From Podarcis filfolensis (Eukaryota): a stretch of 64,000 nt of DNA. Below are positions 23,909-36,244 of the stretch, piece after piece (position 1 is the stretch's first letter; every line of letters starts with the position of its first letter). The stretch is taken from NCBI GenBank assembly GCA_964270895.1, contig OZ185441.1. The stretch is one strand, 5' to 3'. The position numbers and the translations under genes are program-made. The notes under the pieces were generated by a model, which was not told the DNA's origin, ran no database searches, and saw nothing but the letters and a program-made list of their open reading frames with translations.

Positions 23909-23994
23909 GTGGGGGTGTACAGAGCTTTCTATATAGCCTGGTACATTCTAAAACAAAAGCACCAGATGCAACAAGCTACCTCTTGGAAGAGAAG
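23909..23994 (+). promoter_or_regulatory. Core promoter and exon 1 of serpin pseudogene B
   Basis: GTGGGGGTGT 23909-23918, TATATA 23930-23935, donor GAGAAG|GTAAAT after 23994; same spacing as the paralogs. Confidence 0.6.
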
Positions 23995-24814
23995 GTAAAT
24001 GCTTCTGTTCTTGTGAATTACCGTAAGGTTTTGCTGGTGCCATTGCAAAGGAAGAAATGGGCTTTGGAGAAACAGGGAATAATGTGCCAATATGCAGCAG
24101 GTGGCGCCAGTCAAGCTGCTCCTTGCTTGAGATCGGGAGTCAACGTTAAATTTGGGCTTGGAGACTTCATTTGCAACTCTGGAGCTGCTTATTCCAGAGT
24201 TGTCCTATTGATCTTAGCTGGAGAGCTCTGGAGCAAGCAGATTGTTTGTGTCGTGGTTGCTAAGCCACAATCTGTGGACAGTGGTGTTCCATGTTTAGCC
24301 TCCCTGGCTTGGTCTGTTGTGGATCATGATGGGATACACAACTGATATTAAGGAATGTTGGAATTTTGTTTGGTACCAGCAAAGTTGCTACTTATTGTAT
24401 GCTGGGTTCTTTTTGGGTCCCCCCCCAAAAAAATTAGTCAACAGTGGCTTTTCCTTCCAGTATGCAAAAATGTACCGAAGTGAGTTTAAATAAGATTTTC
24501 AAAGTTACTATTAAAAACTGTTTACTCATGGAAAGCAAAACCAGCCATGTTGTTCCATTAATGGGGGTGGGGAATCCAAATCTACAACAGAGTAACGAAT
24601 CAAGTTCTCCAGAACTTCCCATGAGGCAGGACGCTGAAAAAAATGAGGGGTGGGATGGGGGAGAGCAAAGTAGTGTAGTTGCAGCCAGAAATTTGCAGTA
24701 TATTAAAATCTTGAGCAGGAATGCAGTTTTGCAGGCATCATTGAATTAACAGCTCAAGGTACAAGGCAGATTGCAAGCTATACGCTGGGCATTTAGGTAC
24801 AGTCTGAAGGCAAA

Positions 24815-24912
24815 TGAAGCTAGGTCTGGTCAGTGTTTGGATGGGAGACCTCTGAGGATCCACATGTATGCCACATTGCGTTCCATGATGGTGGGATACA
24901 AAACATAATAAA
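24815..24912 (+). mobile_element. 5S rRNA-derived (SINE3-like) fragment
   Basis: GAAGCTAG..GGTCTGGTCAGTGTTTGGATGGGAGACC resembles the 5S internal control region, followed by an AT-rich tail. Confidence 0.5.
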
Positions 24913-25345
24913 TTCAAAACACATATTGGGTGGGGAAATAGATCATAACCAATCTATTGGTTATGTGGTTCCACTTTTGGATACAATAAAAGGGTCTGCT
25001 TTGGGATACATTCAAGAATAAATACCCCAAATGCAGTGTATTTCTTGTATACTTCAGAGTAAGGTATATCAATCAAGCTGGCGAAATGGTTTTGTTATCT
25101 TCCTTTAGAGCAAGAATGGGCAGTCGTGGACTTTGGGGTTAAAAATTTCAGCAGCACTCTGTCCGACATAAAAGCACTCTGTCCGACATAAAAGTTCATG
25201 CCCCCTGCCTCTCGCCTTCCGTTGCTCATCATTGTTGCAGCATTCCCTGTTGCACCCTCTCAGCTAGTTGCCCAGTGCGGGCAAACTGGTTGCCCTCCCC
25301 TAAGTCCACTTCTGGGATTGGGAACTTGTGGCCCATGAGGTGTTG

Positions 25346-25346
<1 letters not shown>

Positions 25347-25396
<50 letters not shown>
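25347..25396. repeat. (TTG)n microsatellite
   Basis: Direct observation. Confidence 0.95.
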
Positions 25397-26440
25397 AGTA
25401 CAATTCTTATCAGCCCCATCCAGCAAGGCTAATGGTCAGGGGTGATGTAATCCAACAATATGGAGGGCCACAGGTTCTCCATTGCTCCTTTATAATGATG
25501 AGATTAGCTAGGATTTTTGCACAGGAATTACAGCTACCCATTTTGAGTTTCAAGTCGAAGTAATGACTTTTTTGGGGAAAGTGAGTCCCTATTTGTAAGG
25601 ATACACATCTTTCCCTTTTTCTTTTTTTAAACAACCCTGTTCATGAGCATAGTTCCCTCCTCAGCCTTTGCACCAATTTTTATTCCAATTACTACATCTT
25701 TTTCTTTTTCTTTTTCAGTTAATTATATGGGTTTAACTCAGACAGTTAGAAACCATGTATTTAAGGGCTAATGTCAAGATGTTACATGGACACTGTTAAA
25801 ATTGTTCATGAAAAGCACCTCCCATTTCAGCTCAGCCCTAGTGGAAATTACACAGAGATTTCCCTCCCTTCAACTGGAAGATTGACAGCTATTTTGTGTT
25901 TGTTGTTCAGTCTGTGATATGAGAATACAAATGCTTAGTTCATCATATACAGACGCTGTTTGTGAGAAAACAAACCATACCTTTTGCTTGTCATACTCTG
26001 AAAGGAGGAGGCTGAAAAAACTAGACTTGGAGAATTCATTTTTTTTAAAAAAATTGTTCTACTGCTGTTTTTCCAGGGCTGAAGGATTTCGCAATGACTT
26101 CCCTCAGTGAAGCAAATGCTAAGTTTGCCACTGACTTCTTCCATCTGCTGAGAAAAGAACCCATGTGGAAATATCCTGTTTTCTCCAGTTAATCTCTCCA
26201 CTGCCCTTCACCTGCTGCTTTACGGATCACGGCATGATACCAAAGCTGAAATTGAAAAGGTAGGATGCATATTTATTTCCCAGTCTTTCTCTAACATCAT
26301 GAGAAGCCAGTAAGAGAAACCGAGAGGACATGAGTTACCAAAGTCACCTTATGAATTTCATACCCATGCAGAGATTTGGACCCTGGTTTCCTCACATGAG
26401 TGGATGAAGCTGCCTGTTATATTGGTCCATCTAGTCTAGA

Positions 26441-26485
<45 letters not shown>

Positions 26486-26960
26486 ATATTTATACCCCGC
26501 CCATCTGGCTGGGTTTCCCCAGTCACTCTGGGTGGCTCCCAACAGAATACTAAAAACAGAATAAAACTTCAAACATTTAAAACTTCCCTGAAGGGTTGCC
26601 TTCAGATGTCTTCTAAAAGTCATAGTTGTTTATTTCTTTGACATCTGATGGGAGGGCATTCCACAGGGCGAGCGCCATTACTAAGAAGACCTCTGCCTGG
26701 TTCCCTGCAACATCACTTCTCGCAGGGAGGGAACCACCAGAAGGCCCTCAGAGGTGGACCTCAGTGTCCGGGCTGAACGATGGGGGTGGAGATGCTCCTT
26801 CGGGTAGACAGGGCCGAGGCTGCTTTGGGCTTTAAAGGTCAGCACCAACTCTTTGAATTGTGCTCGGAAACATTCCGGGAGCCAATGTAGGTCTTTCAGG
26901 ACCAGTGTTATATGGTCTCGGCGGCAGCCCCCAGTCACCAGTCTAGCTGCTGCATCCAAT
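26441..26960 (-). mobile_element. L2 LINE 3' end with (ATC)n tail
   Basis: AAARLVTG..RRDHITLVLKDLHWLP..FRAQFK.LVLTFKA; typical tail GGGCGGGGTATAAAT. Confidence 0.88.
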
Positions 26961-27255
26961 TTACAGTGGCTCTCCAATAACTCGTTTCCACATTTTCTAC
27001 TAGAAATCTTTTTAGGACAGAGCTTGCTGCCAAGCTTTGGCCCACTTTTACCCAGCATCCAGGTCTACTTGCTCTCTTGTTCATTTAATTACATTAAGAT
27101 TTAGATTTATATGCCACTTAATCAAAAGAAATATCCAAGTGCTTTACATAAACTGATATAAAATATTAAAGAAAGCACTAAAGAGACACTTTCGAAACAG
27201 TAGAACATAGTACAACTATAAAATAAATTAGAAGAAAAATAAATGTCAAGCTATC

Positions 27256-27689
27256 TGTAATGGCTTTAGGGGTTGCTTGTGCGTAAGTTACCGCCGCTCT
27301 GGGCTAGGTTGGCTGGTTAAACCGTTTCTCGCTGGACAGCCATCCACTCCGTGGCTGTTCAGTCGCTGGCAGAATCCATCAGTGGCCGTTTCTTAAACCT
27401 CTTCCAGCAAAGAAGCTCTTTGACGCCAAGTCGCTGCCTACTTTCCCTGCGCGGAAGTCTTCTGCGCAGGGTGGGTGTGGGCAGCGGAGGACCTGTGCTC
27501 TCCTCGCTGGTCTCCTGCGAAGAGTCCTGGAGCCCCCTCTCTGCTTCCCCCATCGGCCCCCCTCTATCCCTGGTGTTGCGCTGATTTTCTTCCCCAGCCG
27601 GAGACCTGCCTCTCTCCCTGCTTGGCCCCTCTCCAGCATCGCTGTGGAGCCTCGCCTCCTCCGCTAGTTCCGATGGCAGTTCCCTGACA
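27256..27689 (-). mobile_element. Solo LTR (Gypsy-like)
   Basis: TG...CA termini, 5-bp TSD CTATC (27251-27255 and 27690-27694). Confidence 0.8.
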
Positions 27690-29283
27690 CTATCCAAGCA
27701 GGAATTAAAATAGAAGTTCAGGCTTCTATTACACTTACCCTGCTTTCCTCTGAGGAAACTCAGAATACTTTATAGGAGACTCTTGCCTGGCAGTGACAAA
27801 GTTAAGAAATCCCAGGGATGGGGAGTCTGTTGGGAAGTCATTTTGCTTTAAATCTGCAAAATGTTTATGACCAGACATCTCTAGTCGCAGAAGCTGAGTG
27901 CTATGTCCTCCAAGTTTATTATCATGCTCCAACTGCAGTTTTATTTCCTTTCTATAGCGTACAAGTATGGTACTGCAATTTCGACAATGTTCTGGGGGTG
28001 CTGTATTGCTTATCAAGTGCACAGTAGTTAAGGGATATACATGTATGTGTGAACGTGTTCCTAGTTTAATATAAAAAGGCAAGAAACTGTAGGGAATTTT
28101 TTATATAGGACTAATTAATGCATTATCATTTTTTAATCTTTTAGGTGCTTCATCATCTCAGCAAAGCTAAAGAACATGCAAGATCAGGAACCAGAAGTGA
28201 CTCTGAAACAGCAACAAAAATTGACCATTTCGGAAGCAAACTAAGCATAGACCTTTCAAACTTTTCAAACGGTGTGTAGGGTTGTTTTTTTTAATGAACT
28301 GAGTGGCTCTTCATAATTCCGTTAGAGAAACATATCTTATTTCATAAAATTTATATACCGCTTGATTGTAGAAAACCCCCTCAAAGCAGTTTAATATACA
28401 TTAGTATTGCATTTCTAAAGTCACTAGAGATAAGCAAATGCTAGCAGTTTACGTATGCGAATACTGCATTTCTTAAGCCAGAAATCTTATCCCAAATGCT
28501 GTTAGGCTGTTGCCTTTGATGGGCTTCGCTTTTAAAGCTTAAAACGCAGGCAGTGGAAAGGTAGAACACAAAAATCAAGACAATTCAGCCCTTGCTATAT
28601 TTTGGGGGAGCGTGTAGGACAAATAGAGAAAACAACCCAAGGAGAAGTTTGCTATCTGTTGAAAGGGTTTGGACAAGTGGCAGAGAATTGGCTGGCCTGG
28701 CTATTGCTGCGACACTCCTTTTGCTGCTGTAACATTTGACACTGCAAAAAAGCAGGTAGTAAGGATGCTGCAAGGCTTTCTGGAGTGCCTGCTGTTTACC
28801 TCACTTTGAGGCCTTGTGGATAAGGTGCCTCCCAGAGAATACCTGCTCTGCTGAGGTTCTACTACAATGTCGACAAATAGCAGCTCACAGTTGCTTTAAC
28901 CTAGAGGTACATTGAGGGTCACTGACGCATACAAGCACACTGAGACCTAGAAGTACACTGAGGGTCAAAATGGCCCCAGAAAGCCTGTGGTTGTCATGAC
29001 TGTGAGAACAGAATGATCCCCAAAGGCAGGCAGGGAGAAGAAAAGGAGATGGCTGCATTGACTGTAGGCCTTTTGACCACCTCAAAAGCATCAATGTCTT
29101 GTGCCGGCCCTAGCCCTGTTTCTGTAGGTGAGGATTGTGCATACCCTAAGGTTACCAGACGTTCCTGTTTCCTGGGGACAGTCCCCAGATTTACAAACCA
29201 GTTCCCATACAAAATCCATTGAAGCTGAAAAGTGTCCCTGGATTCATTGAAAAAAATCTGGTAACCTTAGCATACCCCAAAGT

Positions 29284-29284
29284 A

Positions 29285-29321
<37 letters not shown>

Positions 29322-29420
29322 TAATTTTTATTTATACCCCGCCTTTCCCAGACAAGGCCAGGCTCAGGGCAGCTAACAAACAATAATAAAAACGAATTGA
29401 ATGAATACAACTTAAAAAAA
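29284..29420 (-). mobile_element. L2-like 3' tail with (AAT)n microsatellite
   Basis: TTTATACCCCGCCTTTCCC...GGCTCAGGGCAGCTAACA next to (AAT)n. Confidence 0.6.
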
Positions 29421-29617
29421 AGATTAAAATAAAATAAATAAAAACCCAGGAGGTAATGAAATAACGAAGACCTAGAAGGGAAGATAGGGTAGAACAAGAT
29501 GCTCTTCAGAGGGTATTTATTCTTCTTTTTGTAGTAGTAGCAGCATTTACATTGGGGAAGATAAAGTTAAGTTAAAAGTAATGATATGTAGGAGACATTG
29601 GCCCTATCTGGTGTGGT

Positions 29618-29735
29618 GCCAGTGTAATGTGGTGGTTAAAGTGTTGAGGTAAGAAGAGAGAGAACAGGGTTTGAAACTCCACTCAGCCATGTAGCTCACT
29701 GGGTGACCTTGGGCCAGTCACCAACTCTCAGTCTG
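29618..29735 (+). mobile_element. Old Squam3/MIR-like SINE fragment
   Basis: GTAGCTCACTGGGTGACCTTGGGCCAGTCAC core. Confidence 0.55.
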
Positions 29736-30214
29736 GGGGGGATGAAATGGAAGGTGGCAGGGGTGGATTTGGGTAATATGGAGTCCTGAGGACAAAATTT
29801 GGCACACCCCCTCTTATTTATTTATTATCATCATCATGGATTTGTGTGTCAGATAATTGCAGTTGTATAAGAGAAGAAAAAGGCTATACTTGCTTATTCT
29901 GACTCTACCATCACATCCTTGCCAGCACTGCTCTACACCAACCATGTGTTGGGGGAAGTTGGAAAAGAGTAGCCTGCCCAATAAGTGTAGATTCTATATC
30001 TGATTTAGAACCTTTATCATGCAGGGTTTGAAATCACATGGTGAGTCGAGGCATATAAAGAAGTTCCCCCTTTTAGACCTCCCTCCGAACAACTGGAAAG
30101 CATGGGGGGCAAGTACAATGACCATAAGTCTGTGATGGGTGTACACCCAAACAGGGCAAATCAGTGCTGTATATTCTTCAATTTAAATGCACATTAAACT
30201 TTCATTGTTTGCAG

Positions 30215-30726
30215 CTCAGACCACTGGTTGTGAAGCTGAGGAAGGAGCCTCCTCACCTGTAACACCTGGAGAAGATGAGAGACGAGCAGATGACAACCTG
30301 GAGTTGTCAGTGGCGGAAACCACTGGCGAGCTTGATTCTGAGGAAGCTTCTCCCTCTTACTTTATTCCTTGGAGGAAACATCTCCAGGGAATGGAAGAGG
30401 CTGAATATCTAGCTCAAGAACAGTCATCTCCAAAAGGAAAAGTATCCCGGAATCCATCTACTTCACGTGAAAACCTGGAAGAACAACCTGTCAGTGAAAA
30501 CATGGCAGCTGCAGAAGCAGGTCTCCACACATCTTCCTATGCAGCCAGTGATAATATTAGCGCCCTGTTGTCTGAGTTCAGACGCACAGTGAAACATGCA
30601 GACGACAATGTGCAGGCGTTCAAGGAAACTTTTGGTATTTTTAAAGAATGTTGTGACAAAGTGTGTACAAGCATGTCAAATCTGCAAGCTGTTCTAGAAG
30701 CTCTAGTTACCATCCTAAGAGAGTAG
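30215..30726 (+). CDS. Unidentified acidic ORF with predicted C-terminal amphipathic/coiled-coil helix; probable terminal exon
   Basis: Stop-free for about 170 codons; acceptor ttcattgtttgcag| at 30214 (phase 1); matching phase-1 donor GTAG|GTGAGG at 29127 after ATG 29013; no family recognised. Confidence 0.4.
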
Positions 30727-32456
30727 AGGAGAAGCAGCCTTTATGGGAAGGAAATACATTAAATAAGTTTATTGAACTGGAAGTCTGTTCTAAATTAACC
30801 AACGGTTTATGTGTTTTCCCCTGCACAATGGGACAACAGAGGCTGGATCCAGATAACCTCTTTTTTCCACATCTTAACCTTGCGTGTGGTAAAATAATCC
30901 TTACCACTTAGCAGGATGATAGAGAGGGTTCATATGGAATAACATAGGGCAGCTTCCTTCAGGGTGCATATAATCACTTCACAAGATGGCTGCCTGAGAC
31001 CCAGATAGGTGATCAAATTACCACAGGATGGAGTTACTAAACCTGGTTATCTGTATCATTCTTCAAGTGGGAAGGTAACTGCCGTCCCCATACGCAGATT
31101 AGGTGCAAATGTGTGGTAAAAATGCAGGGCAAACTGCTGTCTGTGTCCAGTCTCTTTACTATCCTGCCAAGAAGAAAGGAGAATTTCAACAACTTCTTAG
31201 GTACAGCTGTCTGGCAAAATTCTCATCTGTATTCACTCAATGGCCATTTGTGCTGGACATTCATGGTGGGATTTATTGCTAAGACATGGAATTGTAAAAA
31301 TAGTGCTCTGAGAAAAGGGACGGGGAGGGGGGGACTCTTTTCCCAGTCTAATACCATCCCAAACAATCAAAACATGCCCTGACCCAGCCTGTTAGGTCTT
31401 TTAAGTAATTCAATTTGCCTGATTATCAAAGATAAACTTTCAATACTGAAATTTCTAAAGTTCTTTTTAGTAGTTTCAAAAAGTGAAAATCTGGACACAA
31501 AAGTTGTTGAGATTTTTTTGGCACACTTGTAGAGCTTTTTTCCCTTTCTTTCTTTCTTTCTTTCTTTTTGGCCAAAGTTGTTTAATTTTCAATTCTGCCT
31601 GGATGCTATTTCTGATACGCAAATCCCGGATATGTTAGTCTAGTCTTATTTTTAGGATGTTTAAGGGATTCCCCTTAGAAAAGAAGAAGTTATTTTCTTG
31701 ATGCTTTCTTCTGTTTCATTGTATTAATGTTTATCCATTCTGCATCTGTATTGTCGTCTTTTCTTTTTCTGTAAACTGCTTTGGGAGGTCGCACATCTAA
31801 AAAAGCAGCTTGTGAATGTTTAACGTAAATAAAAGAAATAAATACCTCAGTCTGCAATTTGCTCTTAATTGGGAAGTGGGGAGGGTGAATGCCTTCCTCT
31901 GAGAAACAACCCATTCTGCATTCCAATCTTGATTGTCATTGCCACCCAACACCTGAATATGTGTACTAGGATTATAACTTTTTTATAACCTCATGTTCCT
32001 CTAGCTTAGTCACGTGAACTTTTGCCTAAAAACAAATGAATGAACTGTCATTTCCAAATCTTCTGGGGAAAAGGTCACCCCGAAATCAATGAATAGATTT
32101 TTGCATATGTATAATGTATTATGCAATTATAAATAATAATTATAATTATGTATCATAATACAGAAAAAATACAGCCTGCAAATTTTCTAATACTTGTACA
32201 ATGTTTGGTACATTGTACAACACTTATTATTGTTTAGAATAAATTGAGGTTCATCTTTGTTTCTGTTGCAAGCACCATAAAGTTCCCACATCACTCTGAT
32301 TGTGCGTTCTGCGCATTGACTACTTCTTGGTATCTGGAGTACAGATGGCTCCTGCTTCCGGTGATTCTCCAATACCCACAATGCTTTTTTTGCAAGGTTT
32401 CAATGTTTCTGAAAAGTTCTTGAAATCATTTACATTGAGTAGGAACATTGCATATA

Positions 32457-32707
32457 CAGTCATACCTCAGCTCCCGAATGCCTTTGGAGTTGAATGTTCA
32501 GGCTCCCGAACAACCGAAAACCGAAAGTGAGTGTTCCAGTTTTCGAACGTTCTTCTGGAAGCCGAATGTTCGAAAGGGCTTTTGAGGCTTCTGATTGGCT
32601 GCAGGAGCTTCCTGCAGCCAATCAGATGCCACGCTTTGGAAGTCAAACGTTTCGGAAGTCAAACGGACTTCCGGAATGGATTCTGTTCAACTTCTGAGGT
32701 ACGACTG
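32457..32707. mobile_element. Tc1/mariner-type MITE with internal hairpin
   Basis: TA|CAGTCATACCTC...GAGGTACGACTG|TA; 16-bp perfect inverted repeat at 32591-32625. Confidence 0.8.
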
Positions 32708-33409
32708 TACAGCGATTCCAATTTTTCATTTTGGGGAGATTTTTTTCACAACTGAGAAGAATGAGTCCCCTTTTCAGTGTTTCTAAGCAAATGTTAATCC
32801 CTTTATGATAATGTTCTTTGCAGTACTGAAGTAGAACGCTTAAGTAGATTTGCCGGTTGTAGAGCAATGTGCATTCATGATTATTTGTGCTCATGATGCT
32901 ATAGGAACAGTCACATGCAATTCTGCTTCCAATACAAGTTTACACCTGCAAAAGATTTGGGGCTGACACTCAGCTTCATTTCCAATCCTGCAACTTTCCT
33001 GCTGAAATCCCATATATTTTCATACCACAATGTTTTAGTTTCTTTTTGTCCTGCTTCTGTTGTGCTACAATCCTGCCAGACAGCAATAATGCAGTAGCAC
33101 ATGGGAAACATCACAGAACAAACTAAAAAAGAATAAATTCACCTGCAATTTTCTATCATTGTGTCAAGAATGTGTTTCAGAATATACCTGTGATAAAACA
33201 CCACTCTGGAGGGGACTGATGTTTAAATGGATTGAATTCAATGGAACCCCTTCACCTTAATGGGTAGATCCAGTGCTTTTCCCCCCTGGGGGTACACAAG
33301 GTCATGAATAGACTGTACCACTTCATACTGCAGGAAAGTGTGTGTATACATTTTTATAAATGCTCCTCTGCATAAAAGCTCCCTTCTAATAAATAATAAG
33401 TAAAAATGC

Positions 33410-35988
33410 CAGATCATGGAGGGGAAGAGGGCACCGGAAACGTGGAAAGAAGCATTCATCACATTGATACCCAAGCTAGAATCTGAAAAGACCCAGCTTA
33501 AGAACTACCGTCCCATCTCACTCCTGAATGTGGATTACAAAATATTTGCAGATATTTTAGCAAGTAGACTTAAAAAGGTCTTAAATGAAGTAATTCACAA
33601 GGACCAAGCTGGCTTTCTCCCTGGTAGACATTTATATGGAAATACCAGAAACATCATTGACATTTTGGAACTATTGCAAACCAATAGGAACACAAGGGCG
33701 GTTTTAATCTTCATTGATGCGGAGAAAGCATTTGATAATATATCTTGGAAGTTTATGAAGAAAAATTTGGAAGGGATGGGAGTGGGACGGGGGTTTGAAA
33801 ATGGAATAGAAGCAATCTATTCAGAACAGAAAGCTAAATTAATAGTGAACAATGTGGTGACGGAGGAATTTAAAATTGAAAAAGGGACACGACAAGGGTG
33901 CCCTCTATCCCCTCTTTTATTCATTTCAGTCCTGGAGGTGCTATTGAACATGATTAGGGAGGACCGGTTGGTACAAGGGATAGAGGTCGGAGTGAAACAA
34001 TATAAACTGAAAGCTTTTGCAGATGACTTAGTTTTGACATTACAGGAGCCAGAACCCAGTACAAAAAGAGTTTTAGAACTTATTCATGAGTTTGGTCGGG
34101 TTGCAGGATTTAAGTTGAACAAACAAAAGACTAAGGTTTTGGCCAAAAACTTGACATCTACAGAAACAGAGGGGTTTCAGAGAGAAACAGAATTAAATGT
34201 GGTTAAAAAGGTGAAATACCTAGGGATTTATTTGTCTTCCAAAAATTTGAACTTATTTAAAGACAATTATGAAAAATGTTGGTCGGAAATTAAGAAGGAC
34301 TTAGAAATTTGGTCAAGATTAAAACTTTCCTTGTTGGGTCGAATAGCAGCTATAAAAATGAATGTATTGCCGAAAATGTTATTTTTGTTTCAGACCCTAC
34401 AGATCGTGGACAGAGTGGAATGTTTTGGAAAATGGCAGAAGGATATATCTGGGTTTGTCTGGCAGGGCAAAAAGCCTCGAATAAAGTTTAAAATACTAAC
34501 TGACTCGAAAGAAAGAGGAGGGTTTGCCCTGCCGGACTTGAGGTTATATTATGAATCTGCAGCCTTCTGCTGGTTGAAAGATTGGTTTTTGTTAGAAAAC
34601 ACTGATGTCCTGGATCTGGAAGGGTTTGATAATGCTTTTGGTTGGCATGCATATCTATGGTACGACAAGGTTAAGGTTCATAAACTGTTCAAAAATCATA
34701 TTGTCAGAAAATCAATTTTTGCAGTCTGGATGAAATATAAGGACTTATTAGAGAGTAAAACCCCGAGGTGGCTATCACCAGTGGAGGCCAAGGCTCGAAA
34801 AAGACCCAATATGGAGGCCTATTGGCCGAAATATTGGGAAATAATTGAAAAAATTGGAGACAACTGGAAACTGCAGAGTCAGGATAAACTAAAAAATAAG
34901 GTGCGAGATTGGTTACACTATGCTCAAATTCAAGAGGTTTTTAAATTGGATAAAAAAGTTGGTTTCCAAGTGGAAAAATCGAAATTGGAGACAGAATTGC
35001 TAGAACCAAAAACTAAGGTATTATCGAGAATGTATAACTTGCTGCTTAAGTGGAATACACAGGATGAGACAGTTAAATCTGCCATGATAAAATGGGCACA
35101 GGATGTCGGACATAACATTATGTTTGAAGACTGGGAAAGGTTATGGAACAACGGGATAAAATTCACGGCATGTAGTGCCCTGAAAGAAAATATTATGAAA
35201 ATGTTATACCGGTGGTACATGACCCCAGTCAAACTAGCTAAGATATATCACCTATCTGATAACAAATGTTGGAAATGTAAGGAGGCAGAAGGGACATTTT
35301 TTCATCTCTGGTGGACCTGCCCAAAAGTGAAGGCCTTCTGGGAAATGATTTACAATGAACTGAAAAAGGTATTTAAGTATACCTTTCCCAAGAAACCAGA
35401 GGCCTTCCTGCTGGGCATGGTAGACCAGAAAGTGTCAAAGAAAGATAGAACTTTGTTTATGTATGCTACCACAGCAGCAAGAATACTCATCGCAAAGAAT
35501 TGGAAGACACAAGATTTACCCACGTTGGAGGAATGGCAGACGCAGTTGATGGACTATATGGAACTAGCTGAAATGACCGGCAGAATCCGAGATTTGGATG
35601 AAGAATCAGTCGAGGCGGATTGGAAAAAATTTAAAGACTATTTGCAAAAATACTATAAGCTGTATGAACTTTAAGACAGTGCATGTTTTTGGAAAGGTTA
35701 CGCTTTAGCAAATATGATTAAGCAAATGGTAAAATTAATGACAAATGAGAAAAGAAGTCAATGTGAATCAAACATTTTATGTTTATTTTAAAAGGTAACA
35801 AAGTTAAGATACAATATACTGAATATGGGTACATAATAATGGAAAGTTCCAACAAGGTTTGAAATAAGGTAACAAATTGCTGATATTGCTACTACAAAGA
35901 ACGCAGATCTGGAAGGTGTGGGGAAGTCCAATGGTTTTCTTTTTTGTTAAAAAAATCAAAAATTGTTTCTTGTAAAAAAAAAAAAAAA
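33410..35988 (+). mobile_element. Young 5'-truncated L1/Tx1-like LINE (RT and C-terminal Cys-rich domain)
   Basis: Uninterrupted 752-codon ORF 33416-35674 (NYRPISLLNVDYKIF, GTRQGCPLSP, FADDL, CWKC...HLWWTC); A-tail 35974-35991; 19-bp TSD AAATAATAAGTAAAAATGC (33391-33409 and 35989-36007). Confidence 0.96.
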
Positions 35989-36244
35989 AAATAATAAGTA
36001 AAAATGCAAATCAAGAAGAAAGGTTCTAGTTCATCTCTACTATGCTGCTTCTTCCCTTGCTATTTATGTTTATGATTGTTGGGTGTTTTATGCATTGTAA
36101 ACCACTTTAGTAGGTTATCCAACATGAAAGGCAACCTAATACATATTTGCCAGGATCCCACCCTCCCAATGCATTCATAAATGTGATTCCTTCCTGTGTC
36201 CTCTGCTGCAAAACAACAACAACAACAATAATAACAACAACAAT

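Larger units (their letters stand above)
26094..28273 (+). pseudogene. Serpin pseudogene B (exons 2 and 3a only, frameshifted)
   Basis: Exon 2 26094-26259 MTSLSEANAKFATDFFHLLRKE then PCGNILFSPVNL...EIEK is 166 bp rather than 168 (2-bp loss in the HP codons), giving an early TAA. Exon 3a 28145 to about 28271-28273 VLHHLSKAKEHARSG. I found no exons 4-8 before gene C. Confidence 0.8.

Noticed and set aside
24815-24870. 5S rRNA gene
   Set aside because: Only a diverged 3' part is present
27351-27697. Overlapping ORFs 27351-27584, 27359-27697, 27379-27639, 27475-27687
   Set aside because: They lie within a TG...CA element with 5-bp TSD (solo LTR); GC-rich sequence gives spurious ORFs
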